The translations under genes and the position numbers were made by a program. DNA of 61,313 nt, counting the filler, from Sluysia triapertura (lineage: Eukaryota), in the NCBI GenBank assembly GCA_046118255.1. It is 4 parts of 4 records of this genome, joined end to end, with 100 filler letters (N's around TTAATTAATTAA, not from the genome) between each part and the next. Parts side by side here need not be neighbours in the genome. Positions count along the whole stretch, not along the records: positions 1 to 16,508 come from JBJNIA010202485.1; 3 more parts are not named here. One strand, written 5' to 3'. Of the stretch, positions 1 through 13,516 are shown piece by piece; within the stretch, counting starts at the first letter, position 1, and the number at the start of each line of letters is the position of its first letter. The notes under the pieces are model-generated. The model saw only the letters and a list, made by a program, of their open reading frames with translations. It was not told the DNA's origin and made no database searches.

Positions 1-27
1 AATAATAATAATAATAATAATAATAAA
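1..27. repeat. (AAT)n microsatellite
   Basis: Perfect AAT repeats at the window start. Confidence 0.95.
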
Positions 28-744
28 CTGGATAATCAACTGAGTAGCTGCCATCAACAGCAGTGACATTTTAGTTTACATTTATAATCTCATGTCACTG
101 TTGATGATTTTATCATTCGTCATTTTCTACTCATTATATGTATGTCGCTATTGGTCATCCAACCAGAACAAGAACACTGATTATATCATTACAATTTACT
201 GTTTAATAATTTTATGTTCTATTACTGCCAATCAATAAACACGCCAGCTAAGAAATTGTATGTAAACTAAAACTTTACCAAAACAATTTGGCAGTAACAA
301 GAAAATAAAATAATCAAACTCATTAAATCGTTATAAAGGTTGCGATATTGAAAGTGAATTAATAAATGATACTGATTCTTGAAGTAATGATAGGACAATG
401 TCACGACACAATTCAGATAACTCATTAATAAACATAGCTAATAATGTTTATGACATTCCTCAAATTTCGTCACGTTCGGTCAATGTATTTAGAACGATTG
501 ATGAGCTCAATTCTCTATCCGATAAAATTAATCTATTTAAGTCAAAGACTATAAATGTGATTATCACAGAGTAAACCATAACGAATATAACGATTATAAA
601 GTTAACAATCACAAAAACGAGACAACCGTCGATTGCTCTGATGAAGTAATAAAAATTGTCGAATTAGTTGAAGAGGTTAAAGTTGAACATGTTACTCTAG
701 AACCAGTTAATGATTTGATTATTAATGACGAAGAAACGACTAGT

Positions 745-915
745 TTAATGGAAACAGATTTACATCGTATAATATCATCCAAACAAGAATTCTCTGATGA
801 TCAAATTCGTTATTTTACGTATCAAATATTTTGCGACCTTAGTTACATTCATTCGTCTGCAGTGATGCGCGGATACCTGAAGAAGATAGCTTATTTTGGA
901 ATGGCAAGGTCAAAT
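745..915 (+). pseudogene. MAP kinase fragment (ERK5/MAPK7-like, subdomains V-VII), degenerate
   Basis: LMETDLHRIISSKQEFSDDQIRYFTYQIFCDLSYIHSSAVMRGYLK-KIAYFGMARS follows the MAPK pattern METDLHxII..YFxYQxLRGLKYIHSAxVxHRDLKP..KIxDFGMAR. HRD and DFG are mutated and about 12 aa are deleted. FGMAR is the ERK5-type form. Confidence 0.75.
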
Positions 916-1321
916 GAACAAATAAATCCAATACAGATTTCTTATTCAAATTTTAATAATACATTTCAAGATGTCATAAAGATGATAGATGAATTTCGAC
1001 AATAAAAAAGGTTATTGCGTAATAATTCTATTTATAATGTTAATGTACAAATTAAGGAACATATGTTTTTAGTAAGCTTGAAAGACTTCCAAGAAATTAT
1101 TTACATGTTAATTGATATAATCAGAAAAAGGTATAACGTATGCAAAATCAAATTCATAAAGTCTTCCCTTTATAAACGACCAGTGAACGATGATCAGAAT
1201 GGTGTTGTTAGTGATGAGTTTAATTATAGTTTAGAATATACAATGCCTGAATCGCGAATGTTATTAATAATACGATTATTTAATCTCACTATTTATTCAT
1301 TAAATAAATTAAACTGTTGCA

Positions 1322-1361
1322 CAATAATAATAATAATAATGATAATAATAATAATAATATA
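1322..1361. repeat. (AAT)n microsatellite
   Basis: Imperfect AAT run. Confidence 0.9.
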
Positions 1362-1679
1362 TTAAATTAATTAAATTAAATTAATATATTAAAGAGTATC
1401 ACTCTGAAAATTCAGACTCCACCAAATGTGGACTTCTTTCTTAAAGGTAATAAGACTCTTATGCATTCAAAATATGAATTATTTGTTTATATTATTTACT
1501 CTCAGTGAAGTGACTAAAGATGTTAATTAAGAACCTAAAGATTGTAAAAAAAGTCGATTACGAACTTAATGATTATAAAAATATTTATTACCAAATTAAC
1601 GATTATAAAATTAATGATTACGAACTTAACGATTATAAATGAGTTTACTAAATTTGTTTCTAACCATTCTAATGTGATT

Positions 1680-1766
1680 GCTCTTTGTCCGTTCTCTACC
1701 GACAACAATGGGATATGTCTAATGAACGGAATCTACTGCTGCTACGCACATCCCCCTGCGAATTAG
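1680..1766 (+). pseudogene. Isolated CCCH zinc finger resembling an Unkempt finger
   Basis: LCPFSTDNNGICLMNGIYCCYAH has C-x9-C-x6-C-x3-H spacing and resembles the Unkempt motif CxxxTDxxGxCxxNGxxCAFAH. A stop codon follows. Confidence 0.5.
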
Positions 1767-2739
1767 ATTTCAAGATGAAAAATGAAATGAATTGTGATCA
1801 CCACTCGTCTAGAATACTGGATTTACTCACAAGTCTTGAAACATTTACTACTAATTCGAGAAACAGTAACATAGCCACAGATAATCAAAAAGTAAATGAA
1901 TTATTTATTTACATTCACAATATTTTGAATTTTTATATTTTTTTAGATAGTGAACTGAGACTGTTAAAGGACATACGCAGGATTCAATTGTTTAACATAA
2001 ATTCTTGATGAATATATTTTTTTGTACTTTTCAAGATTTTTTATTAAACCAAAATTAGTGACGTATGATAGTTTTGAAAAGTTAAACCAACATTTTGTCA
2101 TAAAGTCGAATAGTATAATATTTAAATTTAATAGAAATTATAGTTTAAAATTTAAATTTAATATAAATTTTCGTAATCATCATAAACCACAACGAAAATG
2201 GTGTCGTTGTGGTTTCATCACAACACGCAGTTCATTACTTAACAATAAATATAAAGATGAAACAGTAAAAAATAAGCACCTTTCATAATCATGGTGTTTT
2301 GATATTTGTAAAGTACATGTTACTATAAATAAGGCCTCTGTCTTACAACCTTTACAAATGAACTTTATCCTAAACTAAGGCCTCCTACCGGTTATACTTA
2401 AATGAAGAGTATCTTGACGATCATCTAACCCTACATTCAAACATCTAATTCAAATTCAGACTTTACTCTTAAATATACAATTAAAATGATATTCTAAAGA
2501 CCTATACTACAACAAACTCTTTTTGGTCAATAACGATAAATAAAATAATTTTTTGAACATCTAGTAACAGCTTTCACAATTCTTCAGCATGGTAAAATAC
2601 AGCCATAATTACAGAGAATAATTGTATGTCTATATGTGACCATAATTTCCATCATCATTTCCATTTGGAGATGATCAAAACATAAAGGAAATCCTAAAAA
2701 TGATAAATTTTATGTATGGCAAAATATACACTTATTGAT

Positions 2740-3320
2740 AGTGCTGCTAACCAAGTCGACCGTCACTAGCAATCATGTTCTTAGTTATTAGAGGTTGTCC
2801 TGCTTCTCGAGTAATTGGATTGGATACAATTCTCGTTCTACATAATGTAGTCGCTCATCCTTTTACTGGTTCTATTCTTACGCATCCTGTAACTTATTTC
2901 AACAAATAATTTACTTCCTGTCTGAAAGTGTGATTTAATTGCTGGAATAACATTTTATATAATCATTTTTTACCATGTACAACAGTTAGAGATTCCACAT
3001 TTTTTGTTATTGTTGTTAATTTAGATCTGTTTTTAGAATTTCTTTCAGCTGGTTCTTCACATACGAAGGGCCGTATGTCAATTCTTCGTTCAAAACAATG
3101 TTTTCAATGTGATTCATAGCGTTGTCAAGCCACTGAAGACATGAACATCACTTTAGTGATAAATCTTTTGTTTTTGCAGTTTCTTTCACATTCTTCTTCG
3201 TCTAACATTAGGTAACAAGAGAGTTTAGTTTTACTTTTCGTCAATAAGAAAGTAGTCATATAAATTATCAAAAGGAAAATCTCCGATACTAGTAAGATTT
3301 TTCTTTGATTTATCTTTCCC
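2740..3320 (-). mobile_element. Degenerate Ty3/Gypsy gag-pol remnant
   Basis: Minus-strand VRIEPVKG*ATTLCRTRIV..ITREA..STWLAA resembles the Gypsy pre-RT motif KPxFCRARPVPxxLRE..SxWAAP. Many stops. Confidence 0.3.
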
Positions 3321-4879
3321 ATTTATTTTTATTCGTTAAAATAGAAAATATTCACTTAAAACAGTTTGCTGTTTAAATATATCAATCCAAGTTGATTTTG
3401 GAATATTAATTGCAACAGAAAGATTACGAAAGGCGATTTATTTGAGCTAAATTGTCAAAATAATCTTTTCGTTATTTCTTTTTGGAAGAAACATCAACAT
3501 ATTTTACCTTCTCTATATTAAGCTTGTACTGGATTACTACATTGCTTGTGTCCTGTGGTAATCTGTGCTCTTTCATATGCTGTAATAATTTTTCTAGGCT
3601 ATCATGACGCAGTTCTTCGGTCAATTGTTTATATTTGGCATCTCTTCGTTTTCTTCGGAATTTTCCATTTTCAAATCACAGCTGTAATTATTTTATTTTA
3701 TTGATATTTGATCATCATGTTCTTACTTTACATGAACACAACACCTGTCAATCATGTCATTCAATGTATATTATACTAATAAAATCAATATTCCCACGTG
3801 TTTTCGATATTCTCGATATTTTTGAAATGTATACCATATTTCAGCACAGATGGAATAACTTAATATGGGTAGAGTAGTTAAACATTTATTTACTATACAT
3901 GCGTAAATTATAGGGTAATAATTTAGATTAATCTCGATGATGCCGATTTAGCTGGGTAATAATTATTATTAGATCAATACGTTCTAGGTCAATACAATAA
4001 GATATATAGATAATCTGTATCAGAATATTCTGTTAAGAGTTCATTTTGTTGTCTATCTAATCTTTGACACTAATAAATATCCACATAGAATCTTTTCTTT
4101 AAGACTTCTGCAAAATTCTTCAAAATTCAGCTGAACTCTGCCCCTAAATATGCCATAGAACACACCTGTTCCCCATCAACCTGATCTTTCATAAGTTCCT
4201 ACAACTTCGCAGCGCAAACATTTACGGAGAAACATACTAAAAAACTTCCGTAAAAAGCTTGGTACTTACGCGAAACATCCCACTCTTGTTCCATTTATCT
4301 TGTTTAATATTATTATTTTATCATTACTCACTATTTTTAATAGCATATTTTATTTAATTATAGCTTTGCGGACAAGGTTTCCCCAATGTGGGAGAAATGC
4401 TAATAATAGTGTTATTAGTCTATCAAAAGAACAGATTATACAGTGTTAACTATAAATAATGCGGTGAATAATAATTTCTAATAACAGTAGCAAACGTAAA
4501 ATTAGCTAAACAATGGAAATTAACTATAGGAAAAATTGACTGTTTAGATACGTGAACATCAAATTTACTTGTGGAACATCGGTAATAGATTCTCTGTTCT
4601 GAAGATAGAAAGATCACTATTAATTATAATCAATAACAAATATAATTATTAATCAAATATTATTATTTACTACTACTACTACTACTACTACTAAAATAAA
4701 AGATATAATGTTTATTATATAATGAGTTCGTCTCAAACACAGAACAAGTATTTCTTATAATGAAGACATGATTTATCAATAACAATAATGGAACAAATAA
4801 AAGAATAACGCCTCATAACTTCAGAATTAAGGGTTGATGATTGAAAATCCAACTTAATGTAGCAAGGAAAAGAAATACA

Positions 4880-5070
4880 ATGTAAATGAGAATATTATCG
4901 AGTAGCAAAAGATTGTTTATTCAAGAAAAAGAAAATTACGCTAGAGAACTTATTAGAAGACCCAAAAATTGTAAAAATAATAAAAGCTGTGTTCTGAAGT
5001 TCGAATATGTATCGGACACAATGACAGACATAGAGGAATAGTTCGAACAACAATCTCCATTTTGTAATCA
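4880..5070 (+). mobile_element. Gypsy integrase zinc-finger region remnant
   Basis: VAKDCLF...LLEDPKIVKIIKAVF*S..TDIEE resembles LSVxDGCLL..LHxxHPGIVKMKALARS..DIE. Confidence 0.4.
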
Positions 5071-5429
5071 TCATTAACTGTACATGATACTCACAATAAG
5101 TATTGCTATTTTATATATTTCTAAATACAAATTTCTAAAATTACTATGATTGGCTGATAAGAAATGAGAAATTAAAATTGTTTCATTATTAAGGAAACAA
5201 TGTGAAATATTTACAAATGATTCATAATAAACTTACGAAATTTAGAGTCATTGAGCTCACTGAAATTTTCTAAATCAATAAATTAAATGAAATAAAGTAA
5301 TATAATAAGGGGCGTCGTTGATGTGTTTCAAGATTATCACTAAATAATAATAATGAATCTGTCATGTTTAAACACGTGTTGATTGACCAAAGAGCGTCTA
5401 AAATATTTTAGACTGATAAAATAATTACG

Positions 5430-5570
5430 ATAATATAATAATAATGATAATTGTGATAGTAATAACAATATTAATGATAATAATGATGATAATAAAAATA
5501 ATAATGATAATAATAGTGATAATAATAATGATAATAATAGTGATAATAATAATGATAATAATAAAAATTA
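5430..5570. repeat. Degenerate AAT/GAT microsatellite
   Basis: Runs of aataataatgat and aatagtgat. Confidence 0.9.
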
Positions 5571-6019
5571 TTAGTATTAACAAACCAATCTTTTTGACGT
5601 CCTTTTTTCCATATTCTTAATTAATAACACAATAAATATTAGAGTGAATTGTTTTATCTAATTCCCATACTCAATTATCAGTAACAATATTGCAATCTAT
5701 TTGATGAATGAGGAAGTGTTCACTAATTCACAATTATTAAATTTCACATTATCAAAAATGGATGTTACATCTTATTTTATGTTTTATTTTACAGGGTTTT
5801 TCAATCTGAGAGGACGAATTTTCAATCGAAGTGGATTTAATAAATTTATAATAATAATAATAAAGTCAACCGATGAAAATAACAATGAGAGAGCAAACTC
5901 TGACAATAATAATAATAATAATAATAACAAAGTTGTATTGTATTGTTCGTAATTTGGATTCATGTAGAAGTTGATTGCGTTGTAAATATGTAGTTACTTG
6001 TGTTTTAATTGTCGAAATT

Positions 6020-7500
6020 CAGTCAACCCTGCTTAATATTAACAATAAAGTTAAAAATTATTGTTAAGTAAAATTAAGTTTTATAATACGGACACTGTTT
6101 ATTTTGAACAATGAACAATAATTAGTGTAAAATAAATTAATAATTTCTCCATTTGTTTGTTTAAATATTCATTTTTAACTGTGTTTTATGAACATGAAAA
6201 ATACAAATCCAAAACGAAAGAGAAAGGATTTAAGAATCGAAGAGAAACAGAAATTGTTAAAATTATTTGTTGAAGATAAAATACAATCTTTCATTAGGTT
6301 GTACAAAATAATCTTATGAAATCTAGAGACTCCATTTTGAAGTCACACTTGAATACCATACCTTTACGAATGGTTCCAGATTCAGAGAACAAGAAATATC
6401 AGTATCAGTGGTTATATATTGCAACAGAAGGTATTAGAATTAGCAAATCATGAAATTATGATTTTAAAGCATCAATCGGTTGGCTTAATTCTTTTCTTTC
6501 CAGGCATATGGTATCGTCCAAAAGAATTATTGGATAAAAGTTATTCTTAATTTTAAGAAATTACGTATGTCAAAGTTAAAAGAATATGAAGATAGAAATG
6601 TTTATAATGGTGACGAAACTGGACTATTCTGGAAATGTTCATTAAACAGAACATTTCTAAAGAGGATAAGGCAAATGGTTAGTTTTGTAAAGATCGAATT
6701 ACTATACTCTTGAGAGTAAATATAAGGAGAAAAGTTAAAGCCTCTAGTGATAGGCAGATCGGAGAAACCTCGTTGTTTTAGAGATTTCTATGTAGAAAAT
6801 ACCTGTTGGAATACAAAGTCTTGGGTGATGCTAACAATTTTTCAAGATTGGTTAAAAGATTTGAAAGCAGAGGGGCGGAAAATGTTATTATTGTTAAACA
6901 ACGCACCTATTCACCCAAAAGACATCGAATTATTCTTTTTCCCACCAAATACATCATCTCTTATTCAACCTCTTGACCAAGATATTATACGAAATTTTTG
7001 AGCATGTGAAAAAAGGTTGATTTGTATCAAACAGTGGTTTGCATTTCGAAAGCATGGAATAGAGTACAACCAGCGACTATCTCTAATTGTTTTACCAAGA
7101 AGTCTTTCGAAAATGCGCATGTTAAAGAAGTGAATATTGAATATTGATGATTTTCCATGTTTTGAGATTAATCCAAAATTTGATGAACATCTCTTATTTG
7201 ATCTAGTAGAGAAGTATGAAAAAGAGGAAACAAATGATAATTCTGTTAAAGAAGTAAAAGATTCAGTAATTACAGGACACGAAGCTGATGAGTAAGTAAA
7301 AAAATACTCTCAAGTTGAACAAAAAAATCTGATTAATGAAATTCAAGGAGACAAAGCATCTAGGCAATTAAAAATCACAGAATTTATTATGTGTCAAAGA
7401 AATAAAAATTGTAATAAATAGGTATAATAAATACATTTTTTCTGGAAATCTTTCTTATTGTTATGTTAATGGATGTTCATAAATTGTCAGATACTATGTA
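6020..7500 (+). mobile_element. Tigger/pogo DNA transposon (CENP-B HTH + DDE_1 transposase pseudogene)
   Basis: Begins CAGTCAACCCTG. Frameshifted peptides include KRKRKDLRIEEKQK, YEWFQIQR..ISGYILQQK, FKASIGWL, NGDETGLFWK, KDRIT, VIGRSEKPRCF and LLLLNNAPIHP..FFPPNTSSLIQPLDQDIIRNF. Confidence 0.92.
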
Positions 7501-7619
7501 CAGATTTAGTTGCGGAAAAATTATTATAGAATAGAATTACTGAAATGTCACTGAAAATTACCAAACCAATAAACAAAACGAAATAGCGTGTATAAATAAA
7601 CACGTCATTATTTGTAGAT

Positions 7620-7690
7620 CAGGTGTGCACAAACTTTTTAAGTTGCGCCCAATTTCAACATATTTATTTTTGGCGCCCACAACTCAATAA
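7620..7690 (+). mobile_element. hAT/Charlie-like terminal sequence
   Basis: CAGGTGTGCACAAACTTTTT followed by GCGCCC motifs resembles hAT-Charlie MITE ends. No partner end was found. Confidence 0.3.
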
Positions 7691-8402
7691 AAATCTTAAT
7701 GCCACTATAAACAAACTTCATCAATAAAATAAACACCTTTTTAATAACACATTGTATTTCTCTGTTTCTTATAAATTAAATATTATGAACAACAGTTCTA
7801 ATTCTTTAGCAAAAATAAAGAAATAACAAAATTAAATTTTAATTCTTTATATCAAAAATTCAATATTATGTCTGTGAAAATATTAATATTAATATTTCTT
7901 CAAAACGTCGCTGTTTTTAATAGCTGCTCTTTTGTGATTGTGATAACAGTGTCTGCTGACGTTATTTTTAATTAACAGCTAAAAAATAGCAGAATACCAA
8001 ATAGAATAGCATCTCTAGTGCACATATATAATTGCTTTATGAATTTGTAAGTATATTTACTTTGAAATTTTATTCTTGATGATTGTTCTACATCAAGAAC
8101 GTAAATTATTGAATTCGATGATGGAATTACTTGAATTGGTAAAAAACAACAAAAAAAATTCAAAGAAAAAACAAAATTTTGTTTGTAAAATCTAACAATT
8201 TTAAAATGTTTAGCACCCCCATCTGGGGGCTCATTTTTTCTACATAATTTATTTCATTCTATATTGCATCTTTGGTCATCTAATTCATATACATCTGCTT
8301 GGTTTATTTGTATTAAAGTGTGAATGTTATTAGTTGTTTGTCATTGTTTTTATGGTATTTTTGTTCCTCTTTTTTGCTAATTAAGTGTGGTATATTCCAT
8401 TC

Positions 8403-8440
<38 letters not shown>

Positions 8441-8769
8441 GTTTTCGTTTTCTTTTATTGTCTTCTAAGTTTCATATTTATTTCCAACTTTCAGATTTTT
8501 TGAAAGTATCACATTATTTTAATAAAATAAAAAATTATTAATTTTATTTAAAATCTTTACGAGTTTTCTACGAGTAATCTTAAAAATTATTTCGAATTAT
8601 TATTGTTATTATCTAACTTATAATGAATCAAAATAATCGGTTCTGAAATAATAATCATTATCATTGGAATAATTCCACAATTCAACTTCAGATCAGGCTT
8701 AATCTAATTAACCTTAAATTTTTTTAATTAATAAAAGACAAAACATTATATCTTTAGATTTAATTTCAG

Positions 8770-10835
8770 GTTAAAGAAACTGGACGAGCAGTAATAGCAC
8801 CTTATTCATTAAGTGTTACAGATCTCGATTCAAAATATGAAGAAATTTCAATTAGTATTATAACTGCACCAAAATGGGGGATTATTTCTTTCAATAATTC
8901 AACGCAATCGATAACGAAGTTTTCAGTTAATGATTTGAAATCATCAAGAATCACATACGTAAATCTTTTTTCGTCAAATGGTGTTGAACAATCAAATGAT
9001 TTATTTACAGCTCGAGCGTACGATGGAAAATTTCATTCGAATTATTGTAACATACGTATTTTTATACATTCGATAAATGATGAAAATCCAGTTATTAAAT
9101 TAAATAATTTTAATATTGCTTTTAATGAATCAAAACAATTAAACTCGCGATTATTAATAATCAGTGATGATGATATACCACGTGATATTTTAGAAGTTTC
9201 ATTAGTGCAAAATCTAATTTATGGCTATTTATCATTGAAATATAATAATAATGCTGAGCAAATTTTTACTAATTTTGGACCACCATTAAATACTCAAGTA
9301 TTAAATACTTTCAATTTATATTATAATCAAAATTATACGAAAATAATCAATAGAAATTTCTATCCAATTTATGATTTATTGGAGTTAAGTGTTTTTGATG
9401 GTTTACATTTTACTAAAGCAAATTGTAGTATTAAAATCACTGGTCCTAATAAGGTGAAACCGAAACTAAAACATCGTGTTATTGAATTAAATAAAATAGC
9501 AAACAAATTAATCAATTCTGATGATATGTTGGTTACTGATGTTGATACTTTAGCAGCAGAAGATTTAGAAATCGAATTATTGGAACCACCTAAATATGGA
9601 TTTTTGTTTTATAATAATACTAAGCAATTAATACGTAATGATAAGTTTAACCAATATGATATCAACGAAAATCTTATTAGTTATATTTATAATGGTCGTC
9701 AAACGTTTCATATTAAAGATTATTTTCTAATTCAAGCTTTTGATGGTTCATTTAAATCGTCTGTTGAAAAAATATTACTACTTATCACCGAACCGATTCA
9801 AAAACCGACAATGATATTTCAGTTTCGTAATTTTACTGTACGTATCGGTGAAATACATGTTATTGATAAAACATTAATCAATATAACAAACCCAGATTAT
9901 AATGTATTAAACAATACTTCAATAACGATTACTAAATTACCAATATGTGGTTCATTTTATTATTTGTTTAAAAATAAAAATCAAATAGCAAAATTTACTT
10001 TTAATGATATAATAGAAAGAAAAATAGTTTTTCAAATTAATGATTGTCCTGGAGTTATAACGAAAATGATAATACCATTTACAGTTTTCAGTCATTTGAA
10101 TTATAATTATCGTTCTAAAATCGATATAAAAATTTTACCACGTTTAAATAACAATCCAATTTTAAAAGTAAATAAGACTATTTATGCAATATCACAATCC
10201 GATATTTTGATAACTGAAGAAATATTACAATCTTTTGATCAAGATAATTTAAGTGATGAATTATTATATACATTATTAACAAACAATACCAATAAATTCG
10301 TGTTTTTAGTTAATAATGTTATATCAAATAGATTCAATCAATATGATATTAATTCGAATAATGTTGTATTAAGATTATTGGAAAAAAATTTCCAAGGTAA
10401 TTTAAGAATTAAAATACAATTAACTGATGGGATTAATCAGGGATTTTTATATAAATCACGTTTAATTGAATCAGGTGAATTTTTCATGACAATACAAGTG
10501 AGTGTGTGGGAAAATAATGATGATTTGTATTTAATTCGATACAAGGCACCAGATAAAATTATTTATATAAATAATGGCGCTAAATTAGGAATGTTGTGGT
10601 CATTGGAGAATCTACTGATATCGAGTGGTACTGCTATTATTAGTGTAAATACTGAATTAAAATATGGCTACTTTTTAAACAGTTTAACTATGACAGAAGT
10701 GAAACATTTCAATCAATATGATATTAATCGCAGAAGAATTTATTACATTTTGTACAAAAAGAAAGAAATGAATTTTACGGCGGAAAATGTTTCGTTTCAG
10801 TTGAAATTGAAAAATAAAACTTTGTTTACTAATGA
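8770..10835 (+). CDS. FRAS1/FREM-family ECM protein, large CSPG/NG2-repeat exon
   Basis: Acceptor tttcag at 8769 is in frame with the 634-aa ORF. Repeated CSPG motifs include VTDxD, PKYG/PKWG, FxQxDI..I.Y and D.F...DG. Phase-2 donor GA|gtaagt at 10835/10836. Confidence 0.9.
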
Positions 10836-10929
10836 GTAAGTATTTGTTTATTTATGTAAATTTATTTTCAATCATTAAATTTAGGAATTATATTACAACA
10901 AAGTAGTTTATATATCGTTTATGCTTCAA

Positions 10930-11100
10930 AAATATACAACAAGCTATCAGAAAATGTCAATATTATTGTAAGGTTATGAAATATTTAAGAAAAAGGCAAA
11001 GTTTTCCTTATGTTTCAGAAATATTATAGTAAATGATTTATTTTAAGCGCTTTTGAGTACTTACTTTGCAGTAAATATGAGCGCAATATAAATTAATACA
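10930..11100 (+). mobile_element. L2-clade LINE 3' end
   Basis: Tail gaaatatttaagaaaaaggcaaag...aagcgcttttgagtactta...atatgagcgcaatataaatt matches copies at 13517-13690 (-) and 42370-42495 (+). Confidence 0.75.
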
Positions 11101-12269
11101 TAATAATAATAATTATTATTAGATTAAATTAGCCACAAACATAACTTTGTATAAAGATGATAAGTTTGAATGTTTATTGTTGTTTTTTGACAGTTGCTTT
11201 TCTATAATTAATTGTACCATGATTTTGTCGCTTATCATTTGCTCTTGAACTATTTGATATGATCCGGATTATCATTTAAACAATCAATACATTAACAATT
11301 TGTTTTTAAACAAAATTTCATTATTAATCCACATCCCTAATATCGATTCATAATGTCTACAAAAAGAAAGAGTGTGATAAAAAATGAAAAAATTTTGTAA
11401 TAGCTTGGAATGTTGGAACAGACTAATTTAGAAATAACGTTGAAAGTGATAATAATGAGATATTTAATATTGCTGGGTTCCTTTCTAAAATAAACTCAAC
11501 AGCAAAATTAATTTTTTCTTCTAATGGGTCCGCTTTAAGTATGCGGCTTATCGAGGCATATCTACAAGAATTTTAAATAACTAAACAAACATAAGTTAAT
11601 TTCTTCCTAACTCTATAACAATACTGATTCAATAATTAAGTAGAGAGGGTCTGCTGTAACTAACTTTATTCTATAATTATTTTTGGAAAATCTTGTAACT
11701 AAATAACAAAGTTCCACGAAAATTTATTAGATACAATAGTCTTAATATGAAATATATAACACAAAATTAAATTACAAAGAGTATTAATACAAAGTGGATT
11801 ATCTGTTTCGAATTATTAAGATTTTATAACTAACTTAAGGCCAGTTTAAGTTTGATTTGATAACTCGTCTTCAGGATGAGTTTAAAACCTAATAAATAAA
11901 CTTACTGTTCAATTACTAAAAGATTTCTCCTTGAATGTTGTGAACTGATTTAGGATTTGCCGAATATCAAAGTAACTAATTTTGCGATGGATTGATTGAA
12001 TTGAATTTGTATGAATTAACTGACTGCTTTGTTATTGCTATTACTATGAAGTATGATATGTTGATGTGTGTTCTTTCTTGAAAGTTTTTTATTTATCTTT
12101 AATTCGGTAAAACATATCCTTTATATTTTTAATTTTATTCAAAGATAAATTTAATTTAATAATTTCTAAACCATTTTATATAACAAATAAAATTAACAGT
12201 ATGTTCCAAAAGAATTTCTCTCGATGAAAATAGCTCAATTAATAAGTAGAAAACATAAAATTATAAGAC

Positions 12270-12680
12270 AAAATGAGAAAAATTCTTGGAAGATCTCGGT
12301 ATGTTTCCATCAGATAATATTATTCTTAGTAAAGAAAAAAGAATCACATGTAACAATGAAACAATTTAAAATAAATGATTTTTTGGCTGTCTAAATCAAG
12401 CACTGTTTTGATCTATTACATTTTCAGATAAAAAGAAGAACTTAGATGAATCTAATTGTTATAGAATGAATTAATATGAAGAAAAAGCTGCACAAAGGAA
12501 AATTTAATGGACAATAATAATATAAAATCTCCAATCTATCAAAATTTTCTTGAAAGTACATTTAATAAAAATAATAAAAATATTCAATATTATATTTAAT
12601 ATTACAATGTTTATCTGATTGGCCACCACAATCATCCAATCTAAATATTAAGGAAAAGTTTATGGAATAGTAAAAGTACA
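12270..12680 (+). mobile_element. Tc1-like transposase remnant
   Basis: ITFSDKKK and LSDWPPQSSNLNIKE resemble FSDExK and WPPQSPDLNPIENLW. Confidence 0.6.
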
Positions 12681-12699
12681 TGAAAAAGAGAAACTTCAA

Positions 12700-13070
12700 A
12701 GAAACTTATTCCCATTTCATCAACAAAAATTAGTTTGTTTTCTTCTGATAATATTCGTTGCACGTGGAATCAGTGATATTCTTTTAAATGATCCAATTGC
12801 TCTATTTATTGTTGAGACAGATACTTCTAGTGAAAATATATCAATCAGTTTATGTTTAATCAATTCAAGAGTGATTGAACATCTTCATTTATAAGTTCGT
12901 TGATATAATTGGAGATTTCAGAAGTAATTTTTTACTCCTTGGACTTCTTTTACTTATTTTCTAAATATAACATATCAATTAAAGCGACTGTTTCTTGATT
13001 GATATTGAAATCATTTTTATATCTTATTATTTCTAGTCTAATTTCATGTGCTATTCTTATATTTATTTAT
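12700..13070 (-). mobile_element. Tc1/IS630-like transposase remnant
   Basis: Minus-strand ITLELIKHKL..LEVSVSTINRAI..FKRISLIPRATN..KLIFVDEMG covers the HTH region and first catalytic D motif. Confidence 0.6.
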
Positions 13071-13516
13071 TCAATAAATTTATTAATTGTTTTAATATAA
13101 TGATTAAATTATTTAACAAAAGGAATAAATTTGTATGAAAAACTCTGTATATAAATATATAAGTTACTGAAAATATCAAAAACCATCCCAATCCTATTTA
13201 GAGTCTTCTGATTTTATTTGTCTTATCGAATATCTTCTATCATTCTGGATTGACGATGACTAATATAATCGCATTTGTTAATTTTATTACGTCTTCGCTT
13301 TCCAAGTTTGAGAATCACTGTAATACGAGTAATTATATAGAAAATGTGATTGTGTGTTTTTACAATAATAGAAATTTATGAGGACCACAATGTATAATAT
13401 TTTAAGTGCCTCTAGCAGCACAATTCCACAAAGCCTTATTCTTATTTCTAAAATTATTTTAGACGGATTTTTTAAACAAACATATAATTAATAAATTGTT
13501 TGAAATAATAACAATA

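Noticed and set aside
3480-3680. Tc1-like HTH remnant on the minus strand
   Set aside because: Only a vague RKIITAYE resemblance, too degenerate to call.
10885-10906. Nearby FREM exon after a 49-bp intron
   Set aside because: Hits a stop after six codons; the 14269 exon continues the domain correctly.
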